Below are positions 27,653 to 38,131 of a stretch of 64,000 nucleotides of DNA, in pieces. Source of the DNA: a virus; the IMG/VR virus record IMGVR_UViG_3300035696_000019, positions 41,924 through 105,923 of that record. One strand, 5' to 3'. Every line of letters starts with the position of its first letter. Positions within the stretch are counted from its first letter, which is position 1. A program made the translations under genes and the position numbers. A model generated the notes under the pieces. The model ran no database searches, was not told the origin of the DNA, and saw only the letters and a list, made by a program, of their open reading frames with translations.

Positions 27653-27940
27653 TTACTTCAGGTGGTCTTTCAAGGTTTTCGACACCTTGAACTTGGCAAC
27701 CTTCTTGGCTGGAACCTTGACGATTCCGCCCGTGCGCGGATTACGCGCTTCGCCCGCCGGCTTGTCGGTCACTTCAAACTTACCCAACGAGGCCAGAGAG
27801 ACATCCTCGCCTCGCGCCAGTGCATAGGTGATTTCGTCTTGCAAGGCGTCCAGCGTTTGTTTGGTGGCGACCTTGGTCAAGCCGGTGGCGGTAACGACCC
27901 TTGCAACCAGTTCGGTGTAGGTGACGGTTTGTTGCTTCAT
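27653..27940 (-). CDS. HU/IHF-family DNA-binding protein
   Basis: LGKF...RNPRTG...PAKKVAKFK. Confidence 0.93.
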   Translation of the reverse strand: MKQQTVTYTELVARVVTATGLTKVATKQTLDALQDEITYALARGEDVSLASLGKFEVTDKPAGEARNPRTGGIVKVPAKKVAKFKVSKTLKDHLK

Positions 27941-27992
27941 CGTGCTCTCGCTTCAAGTGATGGCGGCGCGAGGCCGCCGGTTAAAATTGGGC

Positions 27993-28367
27993 TTAGTTCA
28001 GCAGAGCTTCCAGATCGGCCAACGAGCCGGATGCAGGAACGTCGCTCGCGTCCTTGACGATGTCTGCCGCAACCGTTGCGGCGGTCGGAATAGCAACCGC
28101 CACACCCTTGCGGCGAGTGCCGCGCTTCGGGCCGGGCTTGCTGGCGGCGGGGCGCTTCATGGTCAGCGCAGCAACAACCTCATCTGCGTTTGTGAGCAGG
28201 TATTGACGCAGGCCGGCGGGGAAATCCTCGCTGGGCCACTCTTCCTTACTCAGCAGTTCGTCGATGTTCTTGGCGCGCACCACGGTGCGTTCGTATTCGG
28301 TGCAAAGGGCTTCACTTTCGTGAATAGATCCGTCAAATGCTTTCCAGGCGGCGATCTTTTTCGCCAT
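27993..28367 (-). CDS. hypothetical protein
   Basis: GGAG RBS before MAKKIA; two operator boxes upstream. Confidence 0.7.
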   Translation of the reverse strand: MAKKIAAWKAFDGSIHESEALCTEYERTVVRAKNIDELLSKEEWPSEDFPAGLRQYLLTNADEVVAALTMKRPAASKPGPKRGTRRKGVAVAIPTAATVAADIVKDASDVPASGSLADLEALLN

Positions 28368-28548
28368 AGTTGTCTCCGGTGGTTGAAATGATGAATTTGC
28401 GTCGCGTGAATTAACGTCAGAAGTGACTGAATTTCCCCAAACGATTTTGAATTCGCGCATTACGCTGACAAATTGAATTGTATGGACTTCAACTCGGGCA
28501 GACAAGTCACTTGTGACTGATCTGCACAGCTTCCTGAAAATTGTGGCG

Positions 28549-28827
28549 TTATTCATCCAGCAAACCACACTTCAGTGGGAAGAAAACATTCTTGAAGCGC
28601 AGACCGGGCGTCGCCGAGCGACAGCGGATGCGGCCATCAAGCGTCAATTGACGCAGCCAGATACGCGCCCGCTCTACCTGAATGCCGGTCATCTTGGCGA
28701 CCTGGGTCGCATTCACTCCCTCGGGCGAGGCATTGACCGCCTCTTCGATGGCATAAGCCTGCGTGCCGGGTGTCTTGGGCGGCAGAGGCGCTTGAGGGGA
28801 AAACAGCGAAGCGAGGGCGTGGTTCAT
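28549..28827 (-). CDS. small winged-HTH protein
   Basis: G.NATQVAKMTGI...RAR.WL.QL..DG.I. Confidence 0.6.
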   Translation of the reverse strand: MNHALASLFSPQAPLPPKTPGTQAYAIEEAVNASPEGVNATQVAKMTGIQVERARIWLRQLTLDGRIRCRSATPGLRFKNVFFPLKCGLLDE

Positions 28828-28952
28828 ATGTAGATTCTCCGAATAATACAGCGCGCCAGGTTGCGCATAATTGTAATCGCACATGCGCAGCGCGTGGCGC
28901 GCTCAAAACAACAACAATAACTCAGCAATGACTTACATGAAAGCGCGAAACG

Positions 28953-29306
28953 CTACCACGCATCACTGTCGGTAGAAGGCCGATCGCGCACAGTCGTTTC
29001 TCCCAATGCCTCCGCCAGCGTTTCGATGTCCGGCAAGGGCGTCTCGTGTGGGCAGTCCCGCCTCATGATGAGGCTGCATCTGGCGCACACATGAATAGTA
29101 TGGCCATCATTGTGCGAGTCGTCGCGTCGCCAATTGCACCGCTCACACTGCGGCGCGGCGTTGCGCACCAGCCCATCCAGTTGGCGCTGCACCGCTTCTT
29201 GATCGGCCCGTATCGCGTCGAAAGCGGAATAGGATATCGACTGAACCCACTTGCGCAGCGAACTCTTATCCACCGCACCCAGGCGGATCGCTCTGCCATC
29301 ACTCAT
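28953..29306 (-). CDS. hypothetical protein with CxxC...CxxC, ending ...SDAW
   Basis: 117 aa. Confidence 0.65.
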   Translation of the reverse strand: MSDGRAIRLGAVDKSSLRKWVQSISYSAFDAIRADQEAVQRQLDGLVRNAAPQCERCNWRRDDSHNDGHTIHVCARCSLIMRRDCPHETPLPDIETLAEALGETTVRDRPSTDSDAW

Positions 29307-29349
29307 GAAAGTCTCCGTGTGCCAACGATTGGCGAACAGGGTTACGGAA

Positions 29350-29916
29350 TCAGACGCACATCATGGCGGCGGCGCGCTTGAATTCCTGAGTGCGGATGCC
29401 GGCATAGATCGCCGCCACCGCGTCAGCCAGGTGTTCGTTCGCATCAACAAACACCTGCTTACCCTGACGCTTCACGGTGAGCCATTGCGCTTCCGGGTGC
29501 TTCTCGGTGGCCCACTCGATCATCTCGCTCTTGGTGGCCGTCTTCACGCCCGCTCCCGCCAGCTTCACTTCGGTCGGCGTCACCTCCAGCAACGGACGGT
29601 CACAGCCCGCCAGCACACCGACGCACAATCCGTAGCTTGCCATGGCGCGCGCCGACTGGCTGCCTACCGGGACTTCGGCGAACACCATCACGGCATCATG
29701 AGTGTGTTCGCGCATCGCCTGAGTCAGCACCCGCGCACGCCGCAAGTCGTCGGAGTTCTTGCGAATCTGCTTGCCGTCCTTGTCACCCTCGGTCTTGGCG
29801 AGCACCAGTTTTTCAACTCTGACCAGTTCCAGGGTTTCCAGATCGACATGCCCGACGGCGATGCCCATGTTGCGCAATGCCGGGTCGATCCCGGCGACTT
29901 TGATAGTTTTACCCAT
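29350..29916 (-). CDS. RuvC-like Holliday junction resolvase
   Basis: GIDP, AEVP, EVK, ATK.EM and HLADAVAA motifs. Confidence 0.85.
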   Translation of the reverse strand: MGKTIKVAGIDPALRNMGIAVGHVDLETLELVRVEKLVLAKTEGDKDGKQIRKNSDDLRRARVLTQAMREHTHDAVMVFAEVPVGSQSARAMASYGLCVGVLAGCDRPLLEVTPTEVKLAGAGVKTATKSEMIEWATEKHPEAQWLTVKRQGKQVFVDANEHLADAVAAIYAGIRTQEFKRAAAMMCV

Positions 29917-30109
29917 GATGTTGCCTTTTCTGTAACGGTTTGCCGCCGTCGAGCACGGCGAACAACGACGAATTGAGCGCCCCTGCGAAGGTGGGGCTGC
30001 TTTCGATTTCGGTGCGCGGCACCACGAACGCCTCGTGCCGCGAGTCAGCATCCACCTCGACGCAGCGCAATTGTTGACCTTGCGGGAAATACACTCGCAT
30101 GTCTGCTCC

Positions 30110-30604
30110 TCAAAATGAGCCGAAACCCTGTTCGGCATACACGTCGAACAAGTTCTCGTTGCGTTTCAGTTCTTCGGTTCGCGCGCTCTCTTGGCGATCC
30201 TGACGCAGTTCCGTCATGGCGCCGCGCAGCATCACGTCCACCAAGCCATTAAAGCCACTCAATGAACGGCGCGCATCCGCCTCTTTCATTTCCATCACGT
30301 CGTAGCCTTCCGGGCTGATGGGCTCGAACACGAAGATCAGATCGCCCTTTTTGCCCAGATAGACATCCTCCACCGTGAACTCCTCGCCGCCGATATGTGG
30401 GCGCTTTTTGTAACCGCTCTCCTCAATCTTGACGGTGAGCGTCTCCGGCCCGGTGAGCATGAAAGTCTGACCGGTTATTTCCTTGAGCCTCGCCCGGATA
30501 TCGGTAGCGATTCTGGCGCGTCGATCCTCCTCGTGCTCTTCGGCGTCCTTGCCCAACGCTGCCGCGAGCGATTCCATATCCAGTTGTTCATCCAGATTTT
30601 CCAT
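30110..30604 (-). CDS. hypothetical protein ending ...GFGSF
   Basis: 164 aa with GAGG RBS. Confidence 0.75.
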   Translation of the reverse strand: MENLDEQLDMESLAAALGKDAEEHEEDRRARIATDIRARLKEITGQTFMLTGPETLTVKIEESGYKKRPHIGGEEFTVEDVYLGKKGDLIFVFEPISPEGYDVMEMKEADARRSLSGFNGLVDVMLRGAMTELRQDRQESARTEELKRNENLFDVYAEQGFGSF

Positions 30605-30617
30605 AGCATCCTCTGTG

Positions 30618-32570
30618 TTAGCTGACTCGGGTGGTGGTGGCGCCCGAGACGGTGGAAACTTTGCCCTTCTTTTCGACGGTGATGACGTTATCGATCCAGT
30701 CAGAGAGAGAATTGTGCGAGATCACCAGCACCGTGCCGCGTTCGCGCGCCTTGCGCTCCAGCACGCCCATCAGTCGCTCCAGTCCCGCCTCATCCAGCGA
30801 GTCGTCAATCTCATCGGCGGCAAACAGGTTGATCGGCTTGGAAGCGCGACTGGCGACCATATCCTGCAATGCCAGCGCTGCGGCTAGACGCACCTTGCGC
30901 TTCTCACCGCCGGACAGCCCGACGAACGATTCGGCGCCATTGTCGTTGGTCACTTCGATGTTGAACTTCTCTTTCGCTTCACCCTTCGCCGTCTTGGCGA
31001 GCGTCGTCCAGACGGCGCGGATGTTGCCGTCCGACAGCGCCGCCAGGTATTCACTGGTGCGATCGTTCAGATAAGGCGTAACGGTATCCAGAATCAACGC
31101 GCGCACCCCGGCAGGCCCGAATACCTTGACGACGTTGTTGGCGACTTCCAGGGCCGTTTCTGCGTCGGCAACAGCTTGCTTCGCCATCACCATATCCGTC
31201 TCAACCTTTTCGATCTGACGCTTGAGCGTTTCGACTGCGGCGATATACGGGTTAACCTCTTTCAGCTTGCCCGCCGCGTTGACCTTGCACTGATTGATCC
31301 GGTCGTTGGCGCGTTCGATCTGCCTCTTGTAGCTCACCGCGTTGCGCAGTTCGGCGTTGATAGCTGACTGGCGCGCGGCGATGGCGCTCACGCTCGGCAG
31401 TGATGCGGCGTAGGCATCTCGTTCTTCGACAGCCTTTTGCAGCGCACCTTCCGCCGTTTTGACTGCGGCGACCGCATCCAGCGCCGGTTGCTTCATGCTC
31501 ACCGCAGCTTTCTCGCGCAGCTTTTTGGCGTCTTCCAGATCCGCTTCGCTGTAGACCTTGCCGCACTCGTGACAGGCGGTGCCGACGAGTTTGTCCACGT
31601 CCTTGAATTCGGCAATGGCGTTACGCAATGCGGTTTTCGCGCGCGTTTCCGCATGTTGCGTAAGCGTCAATGCGCTTTGTGCGTCATGTGCAACCTTGCG
31701 CAAGCGTTCCAGTTCGCCAGCCAGCTTTGCATGGTCAGCAAGTTGCGCAGCAATCGTGGCGGCTTCTGCGGTCAGTGCCGGTTCGTCGATAGCGGTCAGG
31801 GCGGCGGTCAACTTCTCCACCGTCTCTTTCAGCGCCGGCACTTCGGCCATTTCCTTCGCGGCGCGCGGCTTACGCTCGTCTTCAAAGGTCTTGATGGTCA
31901 GTTCGGCGCTTTCCAGATCACGCCCCAGGCTTTCCAGCCGACGTGTCGCATCAGTCACCGCCGCCACCTTCCCGTTGAGCGAAGTCTGCGCCACGGTCAT
32001 TTCACTGCGCGCCAGCGTGTAAGCCGCCTGTAGCTCTTGCACGCCCGCTGCCTCTTCGATCAACACTTTCAGTTGCTTGTCGGTCAATCCCGGCAGATCG
32101 ACCATTTGTTCCTGTCCGACGTAGATCGCCGCCTGGAATACTTCCAGACTGCACCCCATGATGGTGTCGATCACCGCCTGGGTTTCCTTGTCGGTGCCTT
32201 TGGACAGATCGACCCAATCGCCGGTCGCATCGTCAAAGCGATGCACGAACGTCTGATTCTTGTGAGTGTTATGCTTGCGGTGGCGCGTGATGCGGTAGGT
32301 GACTGTGCCGTCGAGCAGCTTTACTTCACCCACGCAGTCTTTCTTCGCCTTGTTGTTGACGATGGCGTCACCGGTCACGCCGCGCGCTGTCGTGCCGTAA
32401 ATCGTCCAACACGCGCCATCGACAATGGACGACTTGCCCGCGCCATTTGAGGTGGCGGATGTGTCACTCAAATTCACGCCCTGCACCAGCAGCAAGCCGC
32501 GATTGCTCAGTTCCAGCTCGGCATGACCAAGCGTGAGCAGGTTTTGAAAATTAGCACTCAGAATTTCCAT
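30618..32570 (-). CDS. SbcC/Rad50 (gp46-like) ATPase
   Basis: NGAGKSS, coiled coil with CHEC hook, LSGGE, DE and ISH. Confidence 0.93.
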   Translation of the reverse strand: MEILSANFQNLLTLGHAELELSNRGLLLVQGVNLSDTSATSNGAGKSSIVDGACWTIYGTTARGVTGDAIVNNKAKKDCVGEVKLLDGTVTYRITRHRKHNTHKNQTFVHRFDDATGDWVDLSKGTDKETQAVIDTIMGCSLEVFQAAIYVGQEQMVDLPGLTDKQLKVLIEEAAGVQELQAAYTLARSEMTVAQTSLNGKVAAVTDATRRLESLGRDLESAELTIKTFEDERKPRAAKEMAEVPALKETVEKLTAALTAIDEPALTAEAATIAAQLADHAKLAGELERLRKVAHDAQSALTLTQHAETRAKTALRNAIAEFKDVDKLVGTACHECGKVYSEADLEDAKKLREKAAVSMKQPALDAVAAVKTAEGALQKAVEERDAYAASLPSVSAIAARQSAINAELRNAVSYKRQIERANDRINQCKVNAAGKLKEVNPYIAAVETLKRQIEKVETDMVMAKQAVADAETALEVANNVVKVFGPAGVRALILDTVTPYLNDRTSEYLAALSDGNIRAVWTTLAKTAKGEAKEKFNIEVTNDNGAESFVGLSGGEKRKVRLAAALALQDMVASRASKPINLFAADEIDDSLDEAGLERLMGVLERKARERGTVLVISHNSLSDWIDNVITVEKKGKVSTVSGATTTRVS

Positions 32571-32593
32571 GATTCAGTTCCCCTTGATGAAGG

Positions 32594-33661
32594 TCACGCC
32601 ACGCTTCTGACTTGCGCCAGAATCGACTCGCACGCGGCAATCGTTCTCTTCGGGTGCGTCAGTTCGCTGTCGTGGATGAAGTTGCCAATACTGGCTTCGA
32701 TGGTGATGCCGGCAGTGGCCGGCCCGGTGGTGCGCGTCACGGTTGCTTTGGCGGGTTCGGGAATGATCACTGCGCCGGCTGCGTGACAGTCGTTGACCAG
32801 ATAGTCGCGCAGGGACTCGATTTCGCTTTGCTTGGAGGTGGAGACGCGGCAGCGCACATAGTTGCCATCGACGATCAGTGGAATCTCGCTCGGGTCGGTC
32901 GCGCCGCTGATTTCCACAAAGCCTGGCGCGTGGCTCTTGAACCAGCGCACTTTCTCCTCGTCCACGATCAGGAAGCCCGCCTTCGCGCCCACGTCCGACC
33001 ACGTTTGCGAAGTCAGCGAGCCAATCGACCAAACCTTGCCTGGCACGACTTCCTTGTGAGCGTGGTAGTGTCCGGCGAAGACGCGACGAAAGCCCAGACC
33101 GGCGAGATACGCAGGGTCAAGACCATGATCGGGGATACCGGGCATGACGCCATCGACCGGCGCGTGGATCAGCAGATCAATGCCCGCGCGATCTTCTTCC
33201 AGCGTCATTTCGATGGTGGCTTTCAGATCGACAATCGACTCGATCCACGGCACGATCACCATGTTGCCGTCGATGCCGATACCTTGATCCACGCTGTTGA
33301 CCACAATGCAGCCGATATCCGCGAGTGCGGTGATGGCGGAAGACACGCGGCTGACCTTCTTGTCTTCAAGATCGTGGTTGCCGGCATTGATGACGACTTG
33401 CACGCCCTTCTTGATGATGGCGCGGTAGCAGTCGAGTGTCGGGTTCAGCACCGACGGTGCCAGCTTGCCGCGCACATGGAACAGATCACCGCCGTGATAC
33501 AGACGATTGCCGCCCGCTTTCAGCACTTCGTCGGCGCAGCGCGTCGTTTCGTCAAGAGTCTGTTGCAAACGGTTATTCACCCCGCTCGGCAAGATGGATG
33601 AGAATGCATCCCATCCGTGGTTGTGACTGTCACTGATGACACCATAAGGCTTGATTTTCAT
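32594..33661 (-). CDS. SbcD/Mre11 (gp47-like) metallophosphoesterase nuclease
   Basis: SDSH, GDLFH, GNHD and GHYH. Confidence 0.92.
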   Translation of the reverse strand: MKIKPYGVISDSHNHGWDAFSSILPSGVNNRLQQTLDETTRCADEVLKAGGNRLYHGGDLFHVRGKLAPSVLNPTLDCYRAIIKKGVQVVINAGNHDLEDKKVSRVSSAITALADIGCIVVNSVDQGIGIDGNMVIVPWIESIVDLKATIEMTLEEDRAGIDLLIHAPVDGVMPGIPDHGLDPAYLAGLGFRRVFAGHYHAHKEVVPGKVWSIGSLTSQTWSDVGAKAGFLIVDEEKVRWFKSHAPGFVEISGATDPSEIPLIVDGNYVRCRVSTSKQSEIESLRDYLVNDCHAAGAVIIPEPAKATVTRTTGPATAGITIEASIGNFIHDSELTHPKRTIAACESILAQVRSVA

Positions 33662-33824
33662 TTCGTCTCCTGTGCGGCAACTGCCGCGTGTTACTTCCGT
33701 TTCGGCATCCCAAGCGCGGCGCGCGCCTGGTTAATCTTTTCGACGGTCATGCCGTCGGGTGCTTTCATGATTTTGTCGATCTCGCTTCGGAACCGACCCC
33801 ATTCGGTCTTGAGCGCGCAGTGAG

Positions 33825-34016
33825 TCATGCCTTCCTCTCCTCGGTCGAGTCGGTCACATAAATGAATGTGCCGGCACCGCAATCGGGCAGACCCGCGTTC
33901 ACGAGAGCTATTGAGGTATCGAAGCAGTCGAGACAATCCTCAAAACAACACCCCTCACAACAGCCATTCCCCGGCACTGCCTTGATCGTGATTTTTGCGT
34001 TCATTTCATCCACCAT
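33825..34016 (-). CDS. small Cys-rich protein
   Basis: CCEGCCFEDC. Confidence 0.5.
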   Translation of the reverse strand: MVDEMNAKITIKAVPGNGCCEGCCFEDCLDCFDTSIALVNAGLPDCGAGTFIYVTDSTEERKA

Positions 34017-34018
34017 TA

Positions 34019-34438
34019 CTATGTCACTGATGACTTAATCGGCACCATAAAACGATGCCGTCCAATTTTGGCGACCACGCGCATTTTCTTTTCCCAGGCG
34101 GGATGCACATCCTTGCGGTCGTAATAGGTGGCGCCGCGCGTGATGTCGGCAACCACTCCGGTCATGGTCACGGTAGCGACCCAGACCGCTTTCTTCCAGG
34201 CGTCGGTTTCGACCGGCGCCATGTCCTTTGGCAATACCCAGCGGCGATGTCGCCGCTGCACTCGATCCGTCCACGAGAATTGTTTGGGCGCCATCACCAC
34301 ATCACACACGTTGCGAGAGGTCTGCTCGGCGCGATTCAGCGTTACCAAAGCCACTCCATACTGGCCCGCCAACGACTCCCCTCGACTTTCGAAATACACG
34401 TTCAAGGCAAGGCACGTCAGCGTCCCCGCGATCAGCAC
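34019..34438 (-). CDS. SleB-like cell wall hydrolase (Hydrolase_2)
   Basis: CLALNVYFESRGE, VTLNR, QFSW, GATYY and IGRHRF. Confidence 0.9.
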   Translation of the reverse strand: MLIAGTLTCLALNVYFESRGESLAGQYGVALVTLNRAEQTSRNVCDVVMAPKQFSWTDRVQRRHRRWVLPKDMAPVETDAWKKAVWVATVTMTGVVADITRGATYYDRKDVHPAWEKKMRVVAKIGRHRFMVPIKSSVT

Positions 34439-34674
34439 AATAGCGCCGGGTCAACACCGGCATGCTTCAGTTGGCTGATCCAGTTCAGTTCGGCGCGAGA
34501 ACAGCTCGGGCTACTCGGCACCGTGACGGTAATCTTGCCGTCCGGCGAGGAGATGCGAGGATGGCGCTTTGCGCGCTTTAAAAGCCAGCCCATCTTGATC
34601 AAATTATGCGCCACCTTATCGATGCGCTTATTGGTCGAATAAATCATGATGTTGTCCGTGTTCGTTATTGACAC
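34432..34674 (-). CDS. HicA-like (dsRBD-fold) protein
   Basis: GW....RH.RI..PDG...VTVPSSPS...N....LKHAGV. Confidence 0.6.
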   Translation of the reverse strand: MSITNTDNIMIYSTNKRIDKVAHNLIKMGWLLKRAKRHPRISSPDGKITVTVPSSPSCSRAELNWISQLKHAGVDPALLC

Positions 34675-34710
34675 TTGCAGTATGACGCGCTAAGTCAGGG
34701 GTGACTGAGT

Positions 34711-35073
34711 TTAACGCAGGCGCATTTTGGTGGCAATGTAAGCGGGATCATGGGCAGGTGTGATCGTAAAGCGATTCAGCGGCAGACCACGCTGCGCGGG
34801 GTTGTCGGGGTTGATGAAGGAATGAGCGCCCCAGAAATCCTCCGGGCGCGTCAGGTAGTAATAGGTCTTCTTGCCTTCCTTGACCGCAACCCCGATGGCG
34901 ACCGCCGCATAATCGCCCGCGCGGTTCAGCGTCGAGCAGTCCAGGCACCACGCAATGCGCTTGCGGTAGACTTGCGAGTAGCGGCGGTGCGCCAGGTAAA
35001 TGTAGCGGCCATCAGGCAGTTCGTAGAAGCAGCCGTAATGCTTGCCGCCTACCTTATGCTGAACGACTCGCAT
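34711..35073 (-). CDS. hypothetical protein
   Basis: 120 aa. Confidence 0.75.
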   Translation of the reverse strand: MRVVQHKVGGKHYGCFYELPDGRYIYLAHRRYSQVYRKRIAWCLDCSTLNRAGDYAAVAIGVAVKEGKKTYYYLTRPEDFWGAHSFINPDNPAQRGLPLNRFTITPAHDPAYIATKMRLR

Positions 35074-35363
35074 CAGAATTCACCCCATTCGCCGTATGAC
35101 TGAGACAAACGCGCGCACTCATTGGCTTCATGCTCGCGCACACGCAGACGTTCGGCCTTCTCCGCCTTGCGAGCAGCCTTCCCAGTCATGCCTGCCGACG
35201 CTGTGGTCTTGTTATGATTGTGTATGGGGTCGCCAACGATGAAAGTGGTCATACTCCAGCCGTCTCCCTCTACAGTCTCCATGCGCGCGGAGTCTGCGTT
35301 CGCCCTGTCCTCGCGCCGTTTTAAAACGCGCTCCCAGCGTCTGCGCTCGTCAAACTTCGCCAT
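35073..35363 (-). CDS. hypothetical protein ending ...EWGEF
   Basis: Start/stop overlaps on both sides. Confidence 0.65.
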   Translation of the reverse strand: MAKFDERRRWERVLKRREDRANADSARMETVEGDGWSMTTFIVGDPIHNHNKTTASAGMTGKAARKAEKAERLRVREHEANECARLSQSYGEWGEF

Positions 35364-35704
35364 CAGAAGCTCCCCCAATCGCCCGCGTAAGCCTCATCGC
35401 GATTCAGACCCGAGAAGGCGACAGCCGGCGTGGCTTGCGGCGCTACTTCGCCGGTATCGGCAAACACATGCAGTTTGCCGATACCTTCCAGCCAGGTCGC
35501 AGTCTTGTGACCGCGATATTGATTCTTGCCGGGCTTCACCAGCAGACCATCCAGCATGGCGTGCAGATCGCGCGAAAAGGCATGGTCGGTGTTCTCGCGC
35601 AGCCACATCAAATAGGAAGGGTCGGATTCAAGTAGATGCTTGACCGTCCGACCCTTGTGCTTTCCAAACGGGATTACGCTACCAATGCCAAAATTAGCCA
35701 TCAT
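35363..35704 (-). CDS. DUF3820/ExoX-C-like small domain protein ending ...DWGSF
   Basis: IPFGKHKG...PSYLMWL. Confidence 0.75.
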   Translation of the reverse strand: MMANFGIGSVIPFGKHKGRTVKHLLESDPSYLMWLRENTDHAFSRDLHAMLDGLLVKPGKNQYRGHKTATWLEGIGKLHVFADTGEVAPQATPAVAFSGLNRDEAYAGDWGSF

Positions 35705-36090
35705 TCAATCCTTCTCAAAAAGACCACGCTCGCCGGGCGCGTCGGGCGCACCATCTGTGGCCCATAAATGCGCGTCAATGTTTCATACAGATTGGCGGCG
35801 GCGTAGTTCGCATCCTTGCCTAACTCGGAGTGGTTCCGGTGAGCATGTAGTGCGCACATTTCCATCAACGCGCCACTGTCCACTGAAATCACTTCCGCGC
35901 TACCGAATACAATTTTCTTCTTCTCGTCGAGGAGATACACAGTCTGACCAGGGGATAATTCCTTGGCGTAGCGTTTCCCCAAACGGAAAGTGTTGAATTC
36001 GCCTTCTACGCCCACAACGGGCGGGATAAAACCAATGCAAACGGTGTCCATCGTCTTCCCCTCACAAATGACTGACCTGTCATCAATCAT
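35701..36090 (-). CDS. ASCH/PUA-like protein
   Basis: NTFR...PGQTVYL...FGSAEVISV. Confidence 0.5.
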   Translation of the reverse strand: MIDDRSVICEGKTMDTVCIGFIPPVVGVEGEFNTFRLGKRYAKELSPGQTVYLLDEKKKIVFGSAEVISVDSGALMEMCALHAHRNHSELGKDANYAAANLYETLTRIYGPQMVRPTRPASVVFLRRIE

Positions 36091-36123
36091 AGCAAGGGGA
36101 AGCCCTATAGCGACTGTGGCGAG

Positions 36124-37146
36124 TTAGCTTTTGGCGTAGAAGTCCTGAATCATCTTGCGCAACAACGGCTCCTCACCGTCTCTGCGAATCTTCTCCGCCA
36201 GCGCCTTGATGAAGTATTGCTTGCCATCCACCCAGGTCACGCGCGGTTTCTTGTAGACGATCGCCTCATTTTCGATCAGGAATTCGATTGCGCTTGTGAT
36301 GGTGTCAAACAGGGCGATGTCGTTCTCGTCGTAGATCAGGCGCAGACTGGTATCCTGAAATGGTCGGGTGAATTTCGACTTCACGCACTGGATTGAAATC
36401 TTCTGGCCGATGAACTCTTTGTCGTCTCCCGTGCCTTCCATGATCTTCTGGCGTCCGAGGATCAGGCGGAACGACGCATAGAACTCCATCGCCTTACCGC
36501 CTGGCGTGGTGCGAGGATCGCCGAACGACACGCCAGGTTTGAGGCGCATCTGATTGAGGTAGACAAACAGCGCGTTATATTCTTCTGCATGCTGCGCCAT
36601 CGCCTTCAAGGTGGTCGAGGTGACGCGCGCCAGTGCCGTGGTGTCATTCATCGTGTATTCAGTGATTTCCTTCTCCGCCTGCGACTTGGGCAGAGCGGCG
36701 GCAATCGAGTCGAACACCCAGACGATCGGCGCCTTCGGATCAAGCGCGCCGGATTCGCGGATCACCTTGCACGCCTTCGCCGCGACAACATTGCCCTCCT
36801 CCCAGGTCTTCGGCTTGAAGTAGAGCCATTCCGGGCGCTTATCGCTCAGACCGAACTGTTTTGCCAGATCAACCGAGAACGAACGCTCCCAATCGGAGAA
36901 GCCGGCAACGCCACCCGCTTGTTGCGCAGCCACCATCCACTTCGTCGCCAGTGCTGTTTTACCGGTAGAGCTTTCGCCAAATACTTCACCCATGCGCCCC
37001 ATCGGTAGGCCACCATGCGGCGAGCCGCTGATGATGGCATTCAGCGGATCGAAACCGGTATCGATCCAGTCAGTGATCGCCTGGTTGCCAGCGTTGTCGC
37101 CCAGCGCTGAATCCAGCGACGCCATCAAGTCTTCCAGTTTTCCCAT
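36124..37146 (-). CDS. recA: RecA/UvsX recombinase
   Basis: GESSTGKT, DSIAA and TPGGKAMEFYASFR. Confidence 0.95.
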   Translation of the reverse strand: MGKLEDLMASLDSALGDNAGNQAITDWIDTGFDPLNAIISGSPHGGLPMGRMGEVFGESSTGKTALATKWMVAAQQAGGVAGFSDWERSFSVDLAKQFGLSDKRPEWLYFKPKTWEEGNVVAAKACKVIRESGALDPKAPIVWVFDSIAAALPKSQAEKEITEYTMNDTTALARVTSTTLKAMAQHAEEYNALFVYLNQMRLKPGVSFGDPRTTPGGKAMEFYASFRLILGRQKIMEGTGDDKEFIGQKISIQCVKSKFTRPFQDTSLRLIYDENDIALFDTITSAIEFLIENEAIVYKKPRVTWVDGKQYFIKALAEKIRRDGEEPLLRKMIQDFYAKS

Positions 37147-37149
37147 GAT

Positions 37150-38073
37150 TTATGCTCCAGCCAGCGCCTTGAACGGCGCGACAAAATGATTGAAGGTATC
37201 GGCATTGCGAATGATCGAGAGGAAGCACAGCTCCTCGCACAGCGCCCGGAAGGCGTCTTCGTCATAGGCGCCGTTGTCCACGACCAGCGCCTCGCGCGAC
37301 GGCTTGGCAACCTTGAGTAGCTGCATCAACTTGAAGTTGCGCAGCAACAGCGCGCGACCGCTTTTAGATGCGAGATTGACGTGGGCCTTCTTCTTTGGAA
37401 TGAAGTCACCGCTGTCACAGCGCGCCAGAAAGTTTCTGACTGATCCGAACTCAGCGAGAAATTCTGGCGCTCCTTTTTTACCGATTCCACCGACGCCCGA
37501 AATACCGTCGGAGTCGTCTCCCTGGAGCACCTTGCCCTCCAGAAACGCCATCGGTGTGCGGTAGCCGGTTCTCTCAAACAGATTGGCGACCGTCAGCATC
37601 TTGCTGTCGTTGCGATGATCATTCCATGTCACGTTCGGGCGGATCAGTTGCGCCCAATCCTTATCGCCGGTAATCAGGATGATTTCGTTTTCCGGCTTGT
37701 TGGTCAGTCCCGCCACCAGAAAGCCCGCCAGATCGTCGGCTTCATAGTTGGCGGCGCGCATCTGGCGCACACCCAACGTGTGAAGCGCGCGCTCGATAAA
37801 GGGGGTTTGCGACTTGTAGGCCGCGGTGTCTTGCTGTTGCTCGGGCGTCTCGTTGCGCTTGCCCTTGTAGTCGGGATGCAGATCGAAGCGCCACTGCGCG
37901 CGCTCGTCCCACAATGCGACCGGCGTGAAGCCGGGGTGGCTACGCAGCGCATCGCGGATTGAGCGGATGGTGCCAAAAACAGCCTGAGTTTGCTGCGTGC
38001 CGACGGTCAGCTTGGTCGCGCTATGCGCCGCGCGCCCGACAGAATTGCAATCAACCAAAATGGTTCGACTCAT
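37150..38073 (-). CDS. 5'-3' exonuclease/flap endonuclease (T4 RNase H/PolI-N-like)
   Basis: YKGKR, EADD, TGDKD and GDDSDGISGVGGIG. Confidence 0.93.
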   Translation of the reverse strand: MSRTILVDCNSVGRAAHSATKLTVGTQQTQAVFGTIRSIRDALRSHPGFTPVALWDERAQWRFDLHPDYKGKRNETPEQQQDTAAYKSQTPFIERALHTLGVRQMRAANYEADDLAGFLVAGLTNKPENEIILITGDKDWAQLIRPNVTWNDHRNDSKMLTVANLFERTGYRTPMAFLEGKVLQGDDSDGISGVGGIGKKGAPEFLAEFGSVRNFLARCDSGDFIPKKKAHVNLASKSGRALLLRNFKLMQLLKVAKPSREALVVDNGAYDEDAFRALCEELCFLSIIRNADTFNHFVAPFKALAGA

Positions 38074-38088
38074 GTTTTCCTCCGATGA

Positions 38089-38115
38089 AAAAGGCGGGTG
38101 AATTCACCCGCCTTC
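38089..38115 (-). terminator. hairpin AAGGCGGGTG-AATT-CACCCGCCTT with U-tract
   Basis: Located after the ssb stop. Confidence 0.7.
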
Positions 38116-38131
38116 GTTGGTCACAAGTCGA

